Positions 1 to 11,113 of a stretch of 64,000 bases of DNA are shown here, one piece after another. The translations under genes and the position numbers were made by a program. The stretch spans positions 64,001-128,000 of the forward strand of contig CAWBCJ010000001.1 of assembly GCA_963787255.1 (NCBI GenBank). Direction: 5' to 3'. Position 1 is the first letter of the stretch; each line of letters begins with the position of its first letter. The stretch is from Methanobacteriota archaeon (GTDB lineage: Archaea; Methanobacteriota; Methanobacteria; Methanobacteriales; Methanobacteriaceae). The notes below the pieces were generated by a model. That model made no database searches. It was given only the letters and a program-made list of their open reading frames with translations, and had not been told where the DNA came from.

Positions 1-43
1 AAAAAAATGAAAATGGTTAGTTTTAAGTTCAAATGTAATCCTA

Positions 44-916
44 TTATTGCTTTAAAAGCATTAATATTTTGTTAGATACTATATCTGCTCTTTCCATGCC
101 CATTATCGGATATGATGGTTGAATATTATCTATTAATGTTATTCTATTTTCTAATAGATATTCTGCAGGTTCATTAAGCCCTTCAAATGATCCTGGCGAG
201 AATTCATCATCGTATGACCGGGGTAAATAAGAACAATTTGTTAATATTGTGTCTGGAGACACATTAACATAGATTATTCCATTTAAATCCTTTGCATATT
301 CATATAAATATCCTTTATCTGTTTTCCCATTTGTTTGCGGCCCACTAATACCAACAGTAAGGTCTTTTATAGTTCCAGCGCAATTATAATTAATTACAAC
401 AATAGCACTATCCTTTGGAGCATTTTTTATTGCCCTCGGTACTTGATTGGGATTAGGAGCATAAGGATCCATTATAACATTGATTCCATTGCTTTTTAGA
501 TTAGATGCTACCCTTTTTAAAAATTTCATATCTGTATTTTTATCAATTATATTATCTGAAGTTAAATAGACAGTTTTTGTACCATTTAAATTCCATTTTA
601 TTGTTGATGAATCATTTAATTGATTCTTTCTGGGGATGGTAATGTTGTTTTCTGAAATATTGTCTGGTGCAGCTAGAACTACTTTAGGATAATTATTTTT
701 AATATCGGATTTATTTGTAGTCTTTAAAGATTGGTTCTCGTTTTTATTGTCAATTATTTTAATTGAATATAGAAAATTATTGTTATCTTCTAAATTAGAA
801 TTTAAATTAGGGTTTGTTTCGTTTATTGGTGTGTTTAAGGCCATGCTTCCCATAATTGTTGTTATTGAAAATATTACAATGGGAAGAAGCAAAAATAAGT
901 GCTTGTCATTCATCAT
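44..916 (-). CDS. Secreted/surface hypothetical protein (Methanobacteriales adhesin-like/pseudomurein-associated domain)
   Basis: 290 aa ORF with hydrophobic N-terminal signal/anchor, Asn-rich linker and globular C-terminal domain (VYLTSDNI...NCAGTIKDL...YLPRSYDD) that I recall from Methanobacteriales surface proteins. Confidence 0.6.
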   Translation of the reverse strand: MMNDKHLFLLLPIVIFSITTIMGSMALNTPINETNPNLNSNLEDNNNFLYSIKIIDNKNENQSLKTTNKSDIKNNYPKVVLAAPDNISENNITIPRKNQLNDSSTIKWNLNGTKTVYLTSDNIIDKNTDMKFLKRVASNLKSNGINVIMDPYAPNPNQVPRAIKNAPKDSAIVVINYNCAGTIKDLTVGISGPQTNGKTDKGYLYEYAKDLNGIIYVNVSPDTILTNCSYLPRSYDDEFSPGSFEGLNEPAEYLLENRITLIDNIQPSYPIMGMERADIVSNKILMLLKQ

Positions 917-1565
917 CTTCTAACATCTTTTATGTCTCCTATCTAAAACAGGCCTCTAATTTTTTAATATCCGCTGAATTAATCCACCCGATTAATACTC
1001 TTTTATATTATTTTATTCAAATGTGTTATATAAATATGTCTATTTAATCGCGCCCCATTAAGTATATAAAGGAGAATTAAGAACCTAAACTGGAAAACAC
1101 ACCCTAATGCATCGAATTTAAAAAGCAGAAAATAAGCCTTTTATTCCTATTATTCCAATTGAAACAACTAAATTTAAAATAAAATAAGAGTTAGTACTAA
1201 TTTCAAATTATACACCAATTTTCTATTACAAAGTAATAATAAAACGATTTACAGAATTATTATTTTTATTAAAATTTAAAAATAACTTTCAGTAATTCAA
1301 ACAAGATAATTTTAAAAAATACCATAAATTATTCTAAAATTAATTAAAAGAAATTAAAAATAAAACACTTCAAAATTAAAAATAAAAAAAACAAAGAAAA
1401 GAATCCAAAGTCTTCCTCTCACAACTTAATAATACAAAAAAAATATCATTTATAACTTCACCTTAAATTCCACAAAAAAAATAATATGAAAATAGAGGAA
1501 CTAATTATAGTAAATACAATTGATTGGTTTACATATATATAGTTCATCCAAAATAATGTTTTATT

Positions 1566-2528
1566 TTATAAACCAAATGACTTCATAAGAAGCTCAGTGT
1601 TTACATATCCTGCCCGGAACATTTCTCCAGTTCTTAAATCGTTAATAACAACTTCAGCAGGTGCAAACATTCCCTTATCAATTTTGTAGAAATCATATTC
1701 AGCTTCTTTAAACACATCATAAAACGGCTTACCATACCCTGCAGAAGCAGAAGATGGTAACTTATTTGCAATTTCTTCTAAATCATCACCCTCTGCTGAC
1801 TCAATGTAATAATAAGTCCTACCACCAAATAAAACAGCATCATTTGTTTTACCCATAGCTTTAAGCCCATCAGGGTCAACAGGCGCTATTGGAGCAATTC
1901 CAGCTGCATATTTAACCTTATTAACATCAAAACCTAAAGCTTCCATCATTTTATAGGTACCATTTTCCACAACCCTTCCCGCAATTTGAATGGAACCAAC
2001 AATTGATGATGTCGGTGCAACAAGAACAAACACATTCTCTGATGAAACACCACATTCTTTAGCGATTGAATCAGTTACATCAGCACCAGGAAGTTTATCA
2101 GCTTCAAGAGTTAAAATAGCAATATCCGCATCGTCTTCATACCCTATCACTTCATAAGTATGGGCCGGTTTTAAAGCTAATGCCCTTGCAGGTCCGGAAC
2201 CAAGTGCAAAGAAATCCCCAACACTTACAGACCAACCAGCTTTTTGCGCTCCCAGAGTTGAAATTGCTGGAGAATCAGTTTTAATCTTTACAGAAGGTAA
2301 TGCGAATTTTTCTGAGAGATCTCCAGGAATTGAGATTCCAACTTCTGCAAGTCCTCCAAGACATACCTTTGTATAAAGTTCACCTGCTTTTAAGCTTCCG
2401 GGAACGTTTACACCAGCATCTATTACTGTTGAACCGTTTTCAAGCTTCTCAACCATTAAATTTAATCCAGCTGAGTTTTCTATCATTAAGTCTACTGTCT
2501 TTTTTGCTTCAAGATTGACACTTACCAT
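1566..2528 (-). CDS. mch: Methenyltetrahydromethanopterin cyclohydrolase
   Basis: MVSVNLEAK start, GSGPARALA, GSIQIAGRVVE, MGKTNDAVLFGG, FYKIDKGMFAPAEV motifs; 320 aa; GAGGTG RBS. Confidence 0.97.
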   Translation of the reverse strand: MVSVNLEAKKTVDLMIENSAGLNLMVEKLENGSTVIDAGVNVPGSLKAGELYTKVCLGGLAEVGISIPGDLSEKFALPSVKIKTDSPAISTLGAQKAGWSVSVGDFFALGSGPARALALKPAHTYEVIGYEDDADIAILTLEADKLPGADVTDSIAKECGVSSENVFVLVAPTSSIVGSIQIAGRVVENGTYKMMEALGFDVNKVKYAAGIAPIAPVDPDGLKAMGKTNDAVLFGGRTYYYIESAEGDDLEEIANKLPSSASAGYGKPFYDVFKEAEYDFYKIDKGMFAPAEVVINDLRTGEMFRAGYVNTELLMKSFGL

Positions 2529-2665
2529 TATTAATTCACCTCAAAAAATGTGTAATATAACTAATATGAATCCAAAATCATGTTATGCTAATATGATTTT
2601 TAGCTTTATTATCATTTAATTAATTTACTATTTTAATTTCTCATATTTTTTACATATAGATTATT

Positions 2666-3343
2666 TTATAATCCTAAAATCTGCTTAGCATCATCAAAAT
2701 TAACTTCATAAATATGCGCGCTTATAGAATGAATAGTAACAGTTCCCACATCTACATTAAGCTTATCTGCAGCATACTTAGCCAAATGGGTCAATCCCAC
2801 AGCGTTCGGGAACCAGGCACCGTATATGTCGTGACTGCGCCATAATGCTGTTGTATGGAGTTTTTCATCCCTTATTTTGAAGTCTACAAGGATCATGCAG
2901 GGCACTTCTTCGGTTTTTGTGTCAATTGTTGGATCCCATGTTACTGATATCGCTCTTCTGGATTCATAGCAATTTTTTAATCTGTCAATAGCTATTTGAA
3001 TTTGATCAATGTCCTCGAAATGCTGTCTCAAACGATTACCGTAGGTGTAAACAAATCCCTGTTTATCTTTGCTTAAAAATTGCTCAGAATAGACTTCAAG
3101 CTTATCACCGCTCCAGAAATATCCTTCAGGCACTCTGATTTCCTGTATTTTGGCTATTTTGTTTAAATAAAATCCTTCAGACATTTTATTTCCAAGTGGA
3201 TTTGTAACTGTAACCAATGTGTTCAATATTTCACGGGTTAATGAGCCTCTTTCGTCCTTAATTTCCTTGCCTTCTTTCATGATCTTTTTTACGAGTGTTT
3301 CCCAGCCGTCTGCTATTTCCTTTACTTCAATTTGAAATGCCAT
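2666..3343 (-). CDS. thyA: Archaeal thymidylate synthase (dUMP methylase)
   Basis: YTYGNRL, SRRAISVTWDP, catalytic VPC, RSHDIYGAWFPN, SAHIY. Confidence 0.93.
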   Translation of the reverse strand: MAFQIEVKEIADGWETLVKKIMKEGKEIKDERGSLTREILNTLVTVTNPLGNKMSEGFYLNKIAKIQEIRVPEGYFWSGDKLEVYSEQFLSKDKQGFVYTYGNRLRQHFEDIDQIQIAIDRLKNCYESRRAISVTWDPTIDTKTEEVPCMILVDFKIRDEKLHTTALWRSHDIYGAWFPNAVGLTHLAKYAADKLNVDVGTVTIHSISAHIYEVNFDDAKQILGL

Positions 3344-3393
3344 TTTATATACTCCACCAAATATTCTATAAGTTCTACTTTAATTTTAATTTT

Positions 3394-4350
3394 TTATAAG
3401 TTTTTTACTGCCATAGTCATTGACTTCAATTTTGAAAACGCCGCATCTCTTGATCGCATCCGCATTCCACAGTCTGGATCTGCAAGCATGTTTTCAGCAC
3501 CTATTAACTCAATTCCACGCTTTATAAGGTTTTCTATTTCTTCTTTAGTTTCAATTTTATCTGTTTTTGTATCTAAACATCCGAATCCTATTTTTTTACC
3601 GTTTAAATTATGGTTTTCAAGTAAATCCATATTTTTAGGGATTCCTGCAAATTCACAGTCAATAATGTCCACTTTGAATTTTATAATCTCCTCAAAAATA
3701 TTTCCTACATCTCCGCAAACATGCATTGCTGTAGGAATAGATAAATCTCGGGTTATAATTTCCACTGCTTTTTTAGCGTTTTTTACGTCGACCATACCGG
3801 TAGATAGGAATGGCTCGTCAATTTGGATGTAAACAGCGCCTGCTTTCTCCAAGAATTCTGCTTCTTTTTTTAATGCAGCTGCTAAATCGAGTACTGCATC
3901 TTCTTTTTTATTGTAGAATCCTTCCATTCTTGATGAAAAAACAAGAGTTGATGGTCCTGTAATGATTCCTTTAACGCCTTTAACATTTTCTTCAAGTGTT
4001 TTTTTAGAATTTCCTTTGTAATCTTTGGAAATGCCCTCTGCAACTTTAATTGCGTATTTAAGATCATCAGCACTTATGGATTCATAACTGGGCATTATTT
4101 TTCCCACAACCTTGGTGGTTTTATCTTCAACAGCCATGCCTGGAATCGATTTAGCAAAGATTTCAACCATTCCAGCCCTTACCTGTCCATCGGATATGAT
4201 ATCAATTCCTGCTTCTATTTGATCACGCACTGCAAGTGCTATTGCTGGTTTATATTCATCATAAGTTCCAAAAATGTTGGAAAGTTTTTGAGATAGTGAT
4301 GATGGTCCTTGGGGTAATGCAGGATAGCTTCCGACTACTGTTGTTAACAT
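3394..4350 (-). CDS. metE: Core methionine synthase (methylcobalamin:homocysteine methyltransferase, MetE C-terminal-like)
   Basis: TTVVGSYP, DIISDGQVR, IQIDEP, Zn ligands HVCG and DPDCG; 318 aa single barrel. Confidence 0.9.
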   Translation of the reverse strand: MLTTVVGSYPALPQGPSSLSQKLSNIFGTYDEYKPAIALAVRDQIEAGIDIISDGQVRAGMVEIFAKSIPGMAVEDKTTKVVGKIMPSYESISADDLKYAIKVAEGISKDYKGNSKKTLEENVKGVKGIITGPSTLVFSSRMEGFYNKKEDAVLDLAAALKKEAEFLEKAGAVYIQIDEPFLSTGMVDVKNAKKAVEIITRDLSIPTAMHVCGDVGNIFEEIIKFKVDIIDCEFAGIPKNMDLLENHNLNGKKIGFGCLDTKTDKIETKEEIENLIKRGIELIGAENMLADPDCGMRMRSRDAAFSKLKSMTMAVKNL

Positions 4351-4445
4351 AATTGACCTCTAAATGATTATATTCACATGTTTTTTTGTTAATTAATTTT
4401 CTATTCTAAATTTTAATAAAAAAAAATTTTAATTTTATAAACCTT

Positions 4446-5045
4446 TTACATTTTGAATTTCCTTTCGTAATTGGAAACCACAGTTTCATCCTTTTCACGC
4501 TTTTTGGAGGGTTTTTGGAATTCAATATCTCCTTCAATAGCTCGATTTAACAAATTTTCGACTTTACTGGGATGGGGAACATCATAGAGCAGCATTGTGG
4601 TGAAATCATGTCCACTGTATATTTCTATGTCTCCACTTGCTATAATTCTCTCAGTTATGCTCTGTGAAACTTTAATATCTTGAATTTTATCAAAATGGAT
4701 GAAGGATTTATTTTTACGTAGTATACCTTTTTTAGAGATTATTCTAGTATTTGTAATGGTATATGATGTATATTTCCATGAAAGTAAATCCCAGATTGTC
4801 CAGAGGAACAGAATTAGGATAAGTAGCAGTAAAATAATGGTTGCTGCTTCAACAAGTGGAATTTGGATGTAGTTAATTATAAAATTTTGAGCTGTAGCGG
4901 TTAAAGATATTATTGTTCTAAAAAAGTATATAATTAGAAGTATTACAATTAATTTGATGAAAGCTGACTTTAAGTACATTAAAAAGCGTGGTTTCGTTTC
5001 AAAAACCACTTCATCTCCTGAACGAATTTCTTTGGTATTTCTCAT
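4446..5045 (-). CDS. Membrane-flanked bacterial-type PH domain protein (bPH_2)
   Basis: Two TM helices followed by YTITNTRIISKKGIL...IQDIKVSQSITERI...GDIEI. Confidence 0.8.
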   Translation of the reverse strand: MRNTKEIRSGDEVVFETKPRFLMYLKSAFIKLIVILLIIYFFRTIISLTATAQNFIINYIQIPLVEAATIILLLLILILFLWTIWDLLSWKYTSYTITNTRIISKKGILRKNKSFIHFDKIQDIKVSQSITERIIASGDIEIYSGHDFTTMLLYDVPHPSKVENLLNRAIEGDIEFQKPSKKREKDETVVSNYERKFKM

Positions 5046-5123
5046 TTAAACTTCCTCACAATCTATAATATATTTTAATAATCTAAATATTTTTTGTACA
5101 TTAAAAAAAAGGATTAGAATGTT

Positions 5124-5849
5124 ATGATTACAGAAAGAATAAGGATTGATGAAACCAATATTCTGCTTAAAACGGATTTAATAAATCATGAACTGGGTAG
5201 ATTTATTTTAAAACAGCGTATGGAACTTATAAATTATATACGTAAAAATAGGGAATTTTTAATATCTTTTGAGCCTGTAGAAGTAGATGAAGCACCGTTT
5301 ATTGTTAAAATAATGGCAAGGGCAGGTAAAATTGCTGATGTAGGTCCCATGGCAGCAGTTGCAGGGACAATATCTGAGCTTTCAATGAAATATTTATTGA
5401 ATAAGGAAGCAAAATATGCAATAGTAGAAAATGGGGGAGATATTGCACTTAAAACCAATAAAGACGTTGTGATGGGTCTTTATGCTGGTATGTCATCACT
5501 TTCGGGGCAAATTGGATTTAAAATAAAGCATGAAAAAACTCCAATGGGAATATGCACATCTTCTGGAACCGTAGGTCATTCCATAAGTCTTGGAAAGGCA
5601 GATTCTGTTACGGTATTTGCTGATGAAGCCAGTATTGCAGATGCACTTGCAACCAGCATTGCAAATGAGGCTAAAGGTGATACAGAACAAGATGCTGTAC
5701 AAAATTGTCTTGATAAAGCTGATGATTTTAAATCATATTTTAGGGGAGTTATGATAGTCGTAGGTGAAGCTGCAGGGACTGTGGGGAAAATTCCAAAGCT
5801 TGTAAAAACTGATAAAAAAGTAGTATTGGGCGATTTATTCGACCTATAA
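5124..5849 (+). CDS. UPF0280 family (ApbE-like) protein
   Basis: [39 protein letters not shown] motifs. Confidence 0.9.
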   Translation: MITERIRIDETNILLKTDLINHELGRFILKQRMELINYIRKNREFLISFEPVEVDEAPFIVKIMARAGKIADVGPMAAVAGTISELSMKYLLNKEAKYAIVENGGDIALKTNKDVVMGLYAGMSSLSGQIGFKIKHEKTPMGICTSSGTVGHSISLGKADSVTVFADEASIADALATSIANEAKGDTEQDAVQNCLDKADDFKSYFRGVMIVVGEAAGTVGKIPKLVKTDKKVVLGDLFDL

Positions 5850-5953
5850 TTAATCTCCATCTAATTTGCACCTATCTAAAAAAATGAATAAACTTTTCCG
5901 AGTATTTTTTTTTAAAAAGGTTTATATAAATGATTTATTAAAAATACAATTCT

Positions 5954-6505
5954 ATGGATTTTATTTCAATATTATTTCTGGCAGTTGCTCTTTCAATGGA
6001 CGCATTCAGCGTTTCTATAACTAGAGGATTGACTTTAAAATGTAATATTAAGTATGCATTGATAATTGCCATCTTTTTTGGGGGATTCCAGGCATTAATG
6101 CCCGTTTTAGGCTGGTTTTCAGGCATGCAGCTGCAGGGCCTTATTTCAACTCTGGCTCCATGGATCGCTTTCATTCTTTTAGCTGCAATTGGATTAAAAA
6201 TGATTTATGAAAGTTTCTCTATAGAAGAAGATGTTTGTAAAGTTTTTTCTCTAAAAGAGTTGTTAATTCTTTCTATTGCTACTAGTATTGATGCATTTGC
6301 GGTTGGTGTAACTTTTGCAATATTAAATACGCCCATAATAACTCCAATTATTGTAATTGGTTTGGTAACTTTTATACTCTCATTTATAGGTGTTTATATT
6401 GGTAAAAATGTGGGACATCTATTTGAAAATAAAATTGAGATATTTGGAGGTTTAATTTTAATAGGAATCGGATTAAAAATACTATTAGAAAACTTATTTA
6501 TTTAA
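5954..6505 (+). CDS. mntP: Manganese efflux pump MntP family
   Basis: ALSMDAFSVS and ATSIDAFAVG duplicated motifs, six TM segments. Confidence 0.88.
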   Translation: MDFISILFLAVALSMDAFSVSITRGLTLKCNIKYALIIAIFFGGFQALMPVLGWFSGMQLQGLISTLAPWIAFILLAAIGLKMIYESFSIEEDVCKVFSLKELLILSIATSIDAFAVGVTFAILNTPIITPIIVIGLVTFILSFIGVYIGKNVGHLFENKIEIFGGLILIGIGLKILLENLFI

Positions 6506-6528
6506 AAAGAAAGAATCTCCCCTTTTTT

Positions 6529-7130
6529 TTATCCTCGTATCTTTGAAAAGAAAAATCTAATTAAAATATTGATTAACCCTCCCAAAAGTCCGAATAAAGC
6601 AAGTATTAATATAGGAGCAATCATTTCAAATACAAAAACATTGAAATAAGAAATTTCACTGCTAAACGTTATATTACTCCTAAAAATCAGGAGTATCAAA
6701 CCAGCAATTAAACCTACAATTATCCCATTAAAAACCCTTTCTTCATCACTGCTAGCAACAAGAGATGCTACCAGACCCCCGATTACAATGAGTACTAAAG
6801 CATAATTTTGATCAATTAAAAATAATGGGAATTAGAACTATTAAAATTCCTGTAATTATGGCCAATATTCTTATAATATCCTTTTGAGTGTTTGATTCCT
6901 TTAAATTTTCTTCTTTGGAATTTGAATTACTTTTTTGGTGGAGTTTCTGTATCGCAGTCGGGGCATATGTTTATCTCATTTAAAGGGTCCATTTCTTCAT
7001 CAATATGCGAATTGAAGTTTTGAACGTATCTTAAATTGCCTCCACATTTACAGGATTTAAAATCTTCTGGAGATTCTCCTTCCTTTAGTTTATAGTAACC
7101 GCCGCATTTTTCGCATTTAAGACGAGACAT
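6529..7130 (-). pseudogene. Frameshifted Zn-ribbon plus membrane (DUF5518-like) protein
   Basis: ORF 6927-7130 (CEKCGG..CKCGG..CPDC) continues after shifts near 6933 and 6820 into DIIRILAIITGILIVLIP and ...IGGLVASL...NGIIVGLIAG...FGLLGGLI...KIRG* ending TAA at 6529-6531. Confidence 0.65.
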
Positions 7131-7263
7131 TCATACACCATTATTATTAAATTATGTATTATATTATTATTTAGACTTCAAATCTAATATAGTTTAAAGC
7201 GATTAATAATTGAAAACGAGGATGAAAAAAAACTAGTTGATTAAAAAAAAGTAGTAATTATTA

Positions 7264-7325
7264 TTAGCCTCAGCTCGCCCATCATTCATCACCAATCAGA
7301 GCTCATAGGGTTCATCATCGGCTAA
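7264..7325 (-). ncRNA. Box C/D 2'-O-methylation guide sRNA (probable sR-tMet homolog)
   Basis: Minus strand: TTAGCC-G-ATGATGA(C)-ACCCTATGAGCT-CTGA(D')-TTG-GTGATGA(C')-ATGATGGGCGAG-CTGA(D)-GGCTAA; four consensus boxes, two 12-nt guides and a 6-bp terminal stem. Confidence 0.92.
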
Positions 7326-7384
7326 AAAAAATATAATTCGATTTAATAGAATAAAAATATTTGGAAAAAAATAAGGAAATGAGA

Positions 7385-8614
7385 TTAACCGAACATTACG
7401 CCGGCTTCTCTTCCAACTTCTTCGTCTTTTTCAAGTCCTATAATCTTATCAATTGCGTCCATGAAGTCGTTCATTGTAACAATGGATCTTTCTTCCCTTA
7501 TTGCAAACATACCTGATTCTGTACATATTGCTTTAAGGTCAGCACCTGAAGCACCTTCTGCAAGTGATGCAACAAGTCTAAGGTCCACTTCCTCTTCTAA
7601 TGACATGTTTCTAGTGTGGATTTTTAAGATTTCCATTCTACCATCTTCGTTGGGTATTGGTACTTCAATGAACCTGTCGAATCTTCCAGGTCTTAAAAGA
7701 GCTGGATCCAGTATATCTGGCCTGTTAGTTGCTGCAACAATTCCAACATCCCCTCTAGCCTCAAAACCGTCCATTTCCGCTAGAAGCTGCATGAGTGTTC
7801 TTTGAACTTCTCTGTCACCGCTGGTGGAACTTTTAAGTCTCTTTGCTGCAATTGCATCTATTTCATCGATGAAGATTATACTTGGTGCTTTTTCTTTTGC
7901 AAGTTCGAATACACCTCTAACAAGTCTTGCACCTTCACCTATGTATTTTTTAACGAATTCGGATGCTACAATTTTTATAAAAGTTGCATTGGTTTCGTTT
8001 GCAACTGCCTTTGCAAGAAGTGTTTTACCTGTTCCAGGTGGACCATAAAGAAGCACTCCTTTTGGAGGTTCGATTCCAATATTTATAAACAACTCTGGTT
8101 TTTTAAGTGGGAGTTCTACTGTTTCTTTAATTTCAACTACCTGATCTTCAAGCCCGCCTATTCCTTCATAGTTTACTTCAGGCTTTTCTTCAACTTCCAT
8201 ACCTGTTATTAGTGGGTCTTTTTCAGATGGTAAAACATTTACAATGCTAAATGTTTGTTGATTTAAAGCAACCCTTGCACCGGGTTCAAGTGAATTTGTA
8301 TCTAATAAACGTGAATATCCAATTACGAAATGAGGGCCTGTGCTGCTTTTTACTACAAGTTTTCCATCTTCTAACACTTCTGTAATGGTGGCTACTACAA
8401 GTGGTGGAGATTTAAATCGCTCAATTTCTCCTCTAAGGGACTTTACTTCTCTGTCAAGCCTCATCTTTTCATTTTCTACTAAAACTTTGTCTTTTTCTAA
8501 TTTTCTTACTTTCCACATTAGATTTCTTTTTGTTTTAGTATTTTCTTCTTTGAGGAGTTTTATTTCCTTTTTAAGATCTTCAGTTTTCATTATATTTTTG
8601 GACATGTCTTCCAT
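7385..8614 (-). CDS. pan: Proteasome-activating nucleotidase
   Basis: N-terminal coiled coil, [37 protein letters not shown]-terminal MFG tail. Confidence 0.97.
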   Translation of the reverse strand: MEDMSKNIMKTEDLKKEIKLLKEENTKTKRNLMWKVRKLEKDKVLVENEKMRLDREVKSLRGEIERFKSPPLVVATITEVLEDGKLVVKSSTGPHFVIGYSRLLDTNSLEPGARVALNQQTFSIVNVLPSEKDPLITGMEVEEKPEVNYEGIGGLEDQVVEIKETVELPLKKPELFINIGIEPPKGVLLYGPPGTGKTLLAKAVANETNATFIKIVASEFVKKYIGEGARLVRGVFELAKEKAPSIIFIDEIDAIAAKRLKSSTSGDREVQRTLMQLLAEMDGFEARGDVGIVAATNRPDILDPALLRPGRFDRFIEVPIPNEDGRMEILKIHTRNMSLEEEVDLRLVASLAEGASGADLKAICTESGMFAIREERSIVTMNDFMDAIDKIIGLEKDEEVGREAGVMFG

Positions 8615-8880
8615 GATCCTTGCTCACTCCTAAAAAATTTTTTTTTTATAACTTTTTTTTTATTTGTAATATTTGATTAATATATAAATAGATCAGTCAT
8701 TATTTTAGTTTTAATAATATTTAAATATTGAGGATATAAATATAATGAAAAAGAATTAATATAACTATTTTAATTTAAAAAAAGATTTATTAAAACAATT
8801 ATATATTCATTAAAAGAGTACTTTTTCTGCAAGTGAAAAAAATTCAATTTATTTATAATGACTAAGTCAAAGGGATTAAC

Positions 8881-9339
8881 ATGAGATGCGAGATATGTGG
8901 AAAGAAAATAATTGGAGATCCAATGAGAACAAAGATAGAAAGCTCTATTATGCTTACCTGTAACGAATGCGCTAAGTTTGGGAAAATACAAAGAGAACCA
9001 CCAAAACCAAAACCCCGCAGACCAATAAATAGAACTCAAAGAAGGAGAGAACCATCAGAAGAAGTTGTTGAAGATTATACTAAATTAATAAGAGATTCCC
9101 GAGAAAAGAAGGGATGGTCTCGTGAAGAACTAGCCGAAAAATTGTATGAAAAGGCTTCTGTTATAAACAGAGTTGAATCTGGAAAAATGGTTCCGGACAT
9201 TAAACTTGCAAGAAAATTGGAAAGAACGCTTCATATAACACTAATTGAAAAATTGGAAGACATTAGCCAGAAGGATATGGATTCTTCTTCTGCTAGAGGC
9301 GCTACTATTGGAGATATAGCTCGAATTAAAAGACATTAA
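8881..9339 (+). CDS. Archaeal multiprotein bridging factor aMBF1 (Zn ribbon + HTH)
   Basis: CEICG..CNEC Zn ribbon, REKKGWSREELA HTH, TIGD tail; divergent from pan as is typical. Confidence 0.9.
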   Translation: MRCEICGKKIIGDPMRTKIESSIMLTCNECAKFGKIQREPPKPKPRRPINRTQRRREPSEEVVEDYTKLIRDSREKKGWSREELAEKLYEKASVINRVESGKMVPDIKLARKLERTLHITLIEKLEDISQKDMDSSSARGATIGDIARIKRH

Positions 9340-9416
9340 AAATAGAACTAATTATTTTTTTTTGGGGGAATAAAAAAAAGGTGATATGAATTTTCGGCTT
9401 TGAAATTCATTACATT

Positions 9417-9773
9417 TTATTTTGATTGTTTATGTGAATAATAACCTTTAAGTGGTGGTGATTGGGTATATATTTGTTTTATTTCCCCGAATTCTTTATA
9501 TTCATCACTTATAACCACTAGATGGGCTGGTGGATGTATTTTTTTTACGTGCATTATACTTTTTGTTGTATCTTCTAAAACTTTTACAATAACCGCTATT
9601 TTACTTTCGGTCCTTATATTTTGTTTAAGAATTCTTTTAGCAAAGTTATCTGCCTGTTTAGGGTTAATTAATTTGGGTTTGCCTGCTATTTTTAAATTAG
9701 CATGCCTTTCTATATCTGCAAGTGCATTTAAAAGTTTTTCTTGTGTGTCTGCACGAATTAAGATTAAAGCCAT
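9417..9773 (-). CDS. DUF356 family protein
   Basis: LIRAD...NALADIERHA...IHPPAH. Confidence 0.8.
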   Translation of the reverse strand: MALILIRADTQEKLLNALADIERHANLKIAGKPKLINPKQADNFAKRILKQNIRTESKIAVIVKVLEDTTKSIMHVKKIHPPAHLVVISDEYKEFGEIKQIYTQSPPLKGYYSHKQSK

Positions 9774-9846
9774 TTTTTATCACATTTTTATATTATAAAT
9801 TATATTATATCTTTTTTAAAAAAAATAGTTGAATTATTTTTATAGT

Positions 9847-11101
9847 CTATTTTTTAAATGATTTCATCAAACTGCTTCTAAATAATACAAGCAATATTAA
9901 AATTAGACCTATTGCAGTTTGTATATTCCCAAGTAAGTCCAGAATCGATGAGCTTACTGGTAAATTCCATGGGGGTGCTGATCTACCATTAGGAAGTGGC
10001 TTGAAATATACTCCCACCGCTTTTGAACTTTCTTTAACATTAATATCCTTCGGTTCTACGTAATTAACACCTACCAAAAGCCCATTATCAATTGCATTAT
10101 TGATACTATTTGCTATTTCTACATTACTGTAGCCTTTTTTCCTAACGGATAATGCAACAATTTCTTGAGTTGTTTCTCTAATACCAAGTTCATCAGAACC
10201 ATATACAGATACCTGTACCGATTGACCGGTTACTGTAATTGCACTAGACAGGGCGTCATAAGCGTAAATAGTTTTTAAAGCGGTTCCATCATTTGGACAA
10301 ACTTGATAATTGTCTGCTGCCGGGAAACCAATACTCCAACCGTCTGCAGGGCAGACTTTACTGTACGGAGTGTTCATGGGATAACCAGTTGTATTTAGCT
10401 TTTCAGGAGTGAACATATCCCCTGTAGTTATTCCTGAAGCTAGATTTGTACCCCCACCACCGTATTTTTCACCAGCATCATTGGATATTTCCTTAAAAGC
10501 CTGTCCAAGTATATAAGGGGCAGAATATCCATCTCTTATCATCTTACCTATGTTTACTGCAGTTTCTTGACGCACTTTAGTCGCTGTTCCATACTTAGGA
10601 TTACCATGAGTGTTTCTTAAGTGAATTATAGCTCCTTTTTTCCCTGCAGGTAAAACAGCTAATCCTCCAGAATAAGGAGTTACAGTAATGGTTCCATCGT
10701 TTTCTACTATTACTACATAAGCATCAAATGAACCACCGACTGCAGCTCCCTGGGTGGCACTTCCAACCATTACCCTGATTCCTTGAAATGAACTTGCAGA
10801 AGATGCAGCTGTTGAAGGGTTAGCTCCTGCCTTCAATCTTTTAGTAGTTTCCACAATAGCGCCTAATCGAGCTATGGAATCACCTTCACCTCCTGAAAGA
10901 ACAGCAAAATGGTTGTCTTTTGAAAGTAAAAATGTGGACTGGAACATGTTTTCAGCAAATGACATACTTCCTGCTGCAGCTCCATTAGGGTCTTTTCCTG
11001 TTGGATTCTGTAACAATAACAACGTTAGTTGTTGCTGCTACAGGTCCAATTAGCAGGGTAAGTATAATAATGAATAAAAGTAATTTTTTCATATTTTTCA
11101 T
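9847..11101 (-). CDS. Conserved secreted, C-terminally anchored protein of the pseudomurein cluster (apparent +1 frameshift near 11006)
   Basis: Signal peptide MKKLLLFIIILTLLIGPVAA (ATG 11101 or 11092) joins ORF 9847-11022 if one base of ACA GAA TCC is removed (TTNVVIVTDPTGKDPNG); C-terminal TM helix. Confidence 0.7.
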
Positions 11102-11113
11102 CGCTATTTTCCT

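Noticed and set aside
917-1565. Long intergenic region as ncRNA or replication origin
   Set aside because: Mostly poly-A/T; no ORB-like repeats, cdc6 neighbour or convincing structure.
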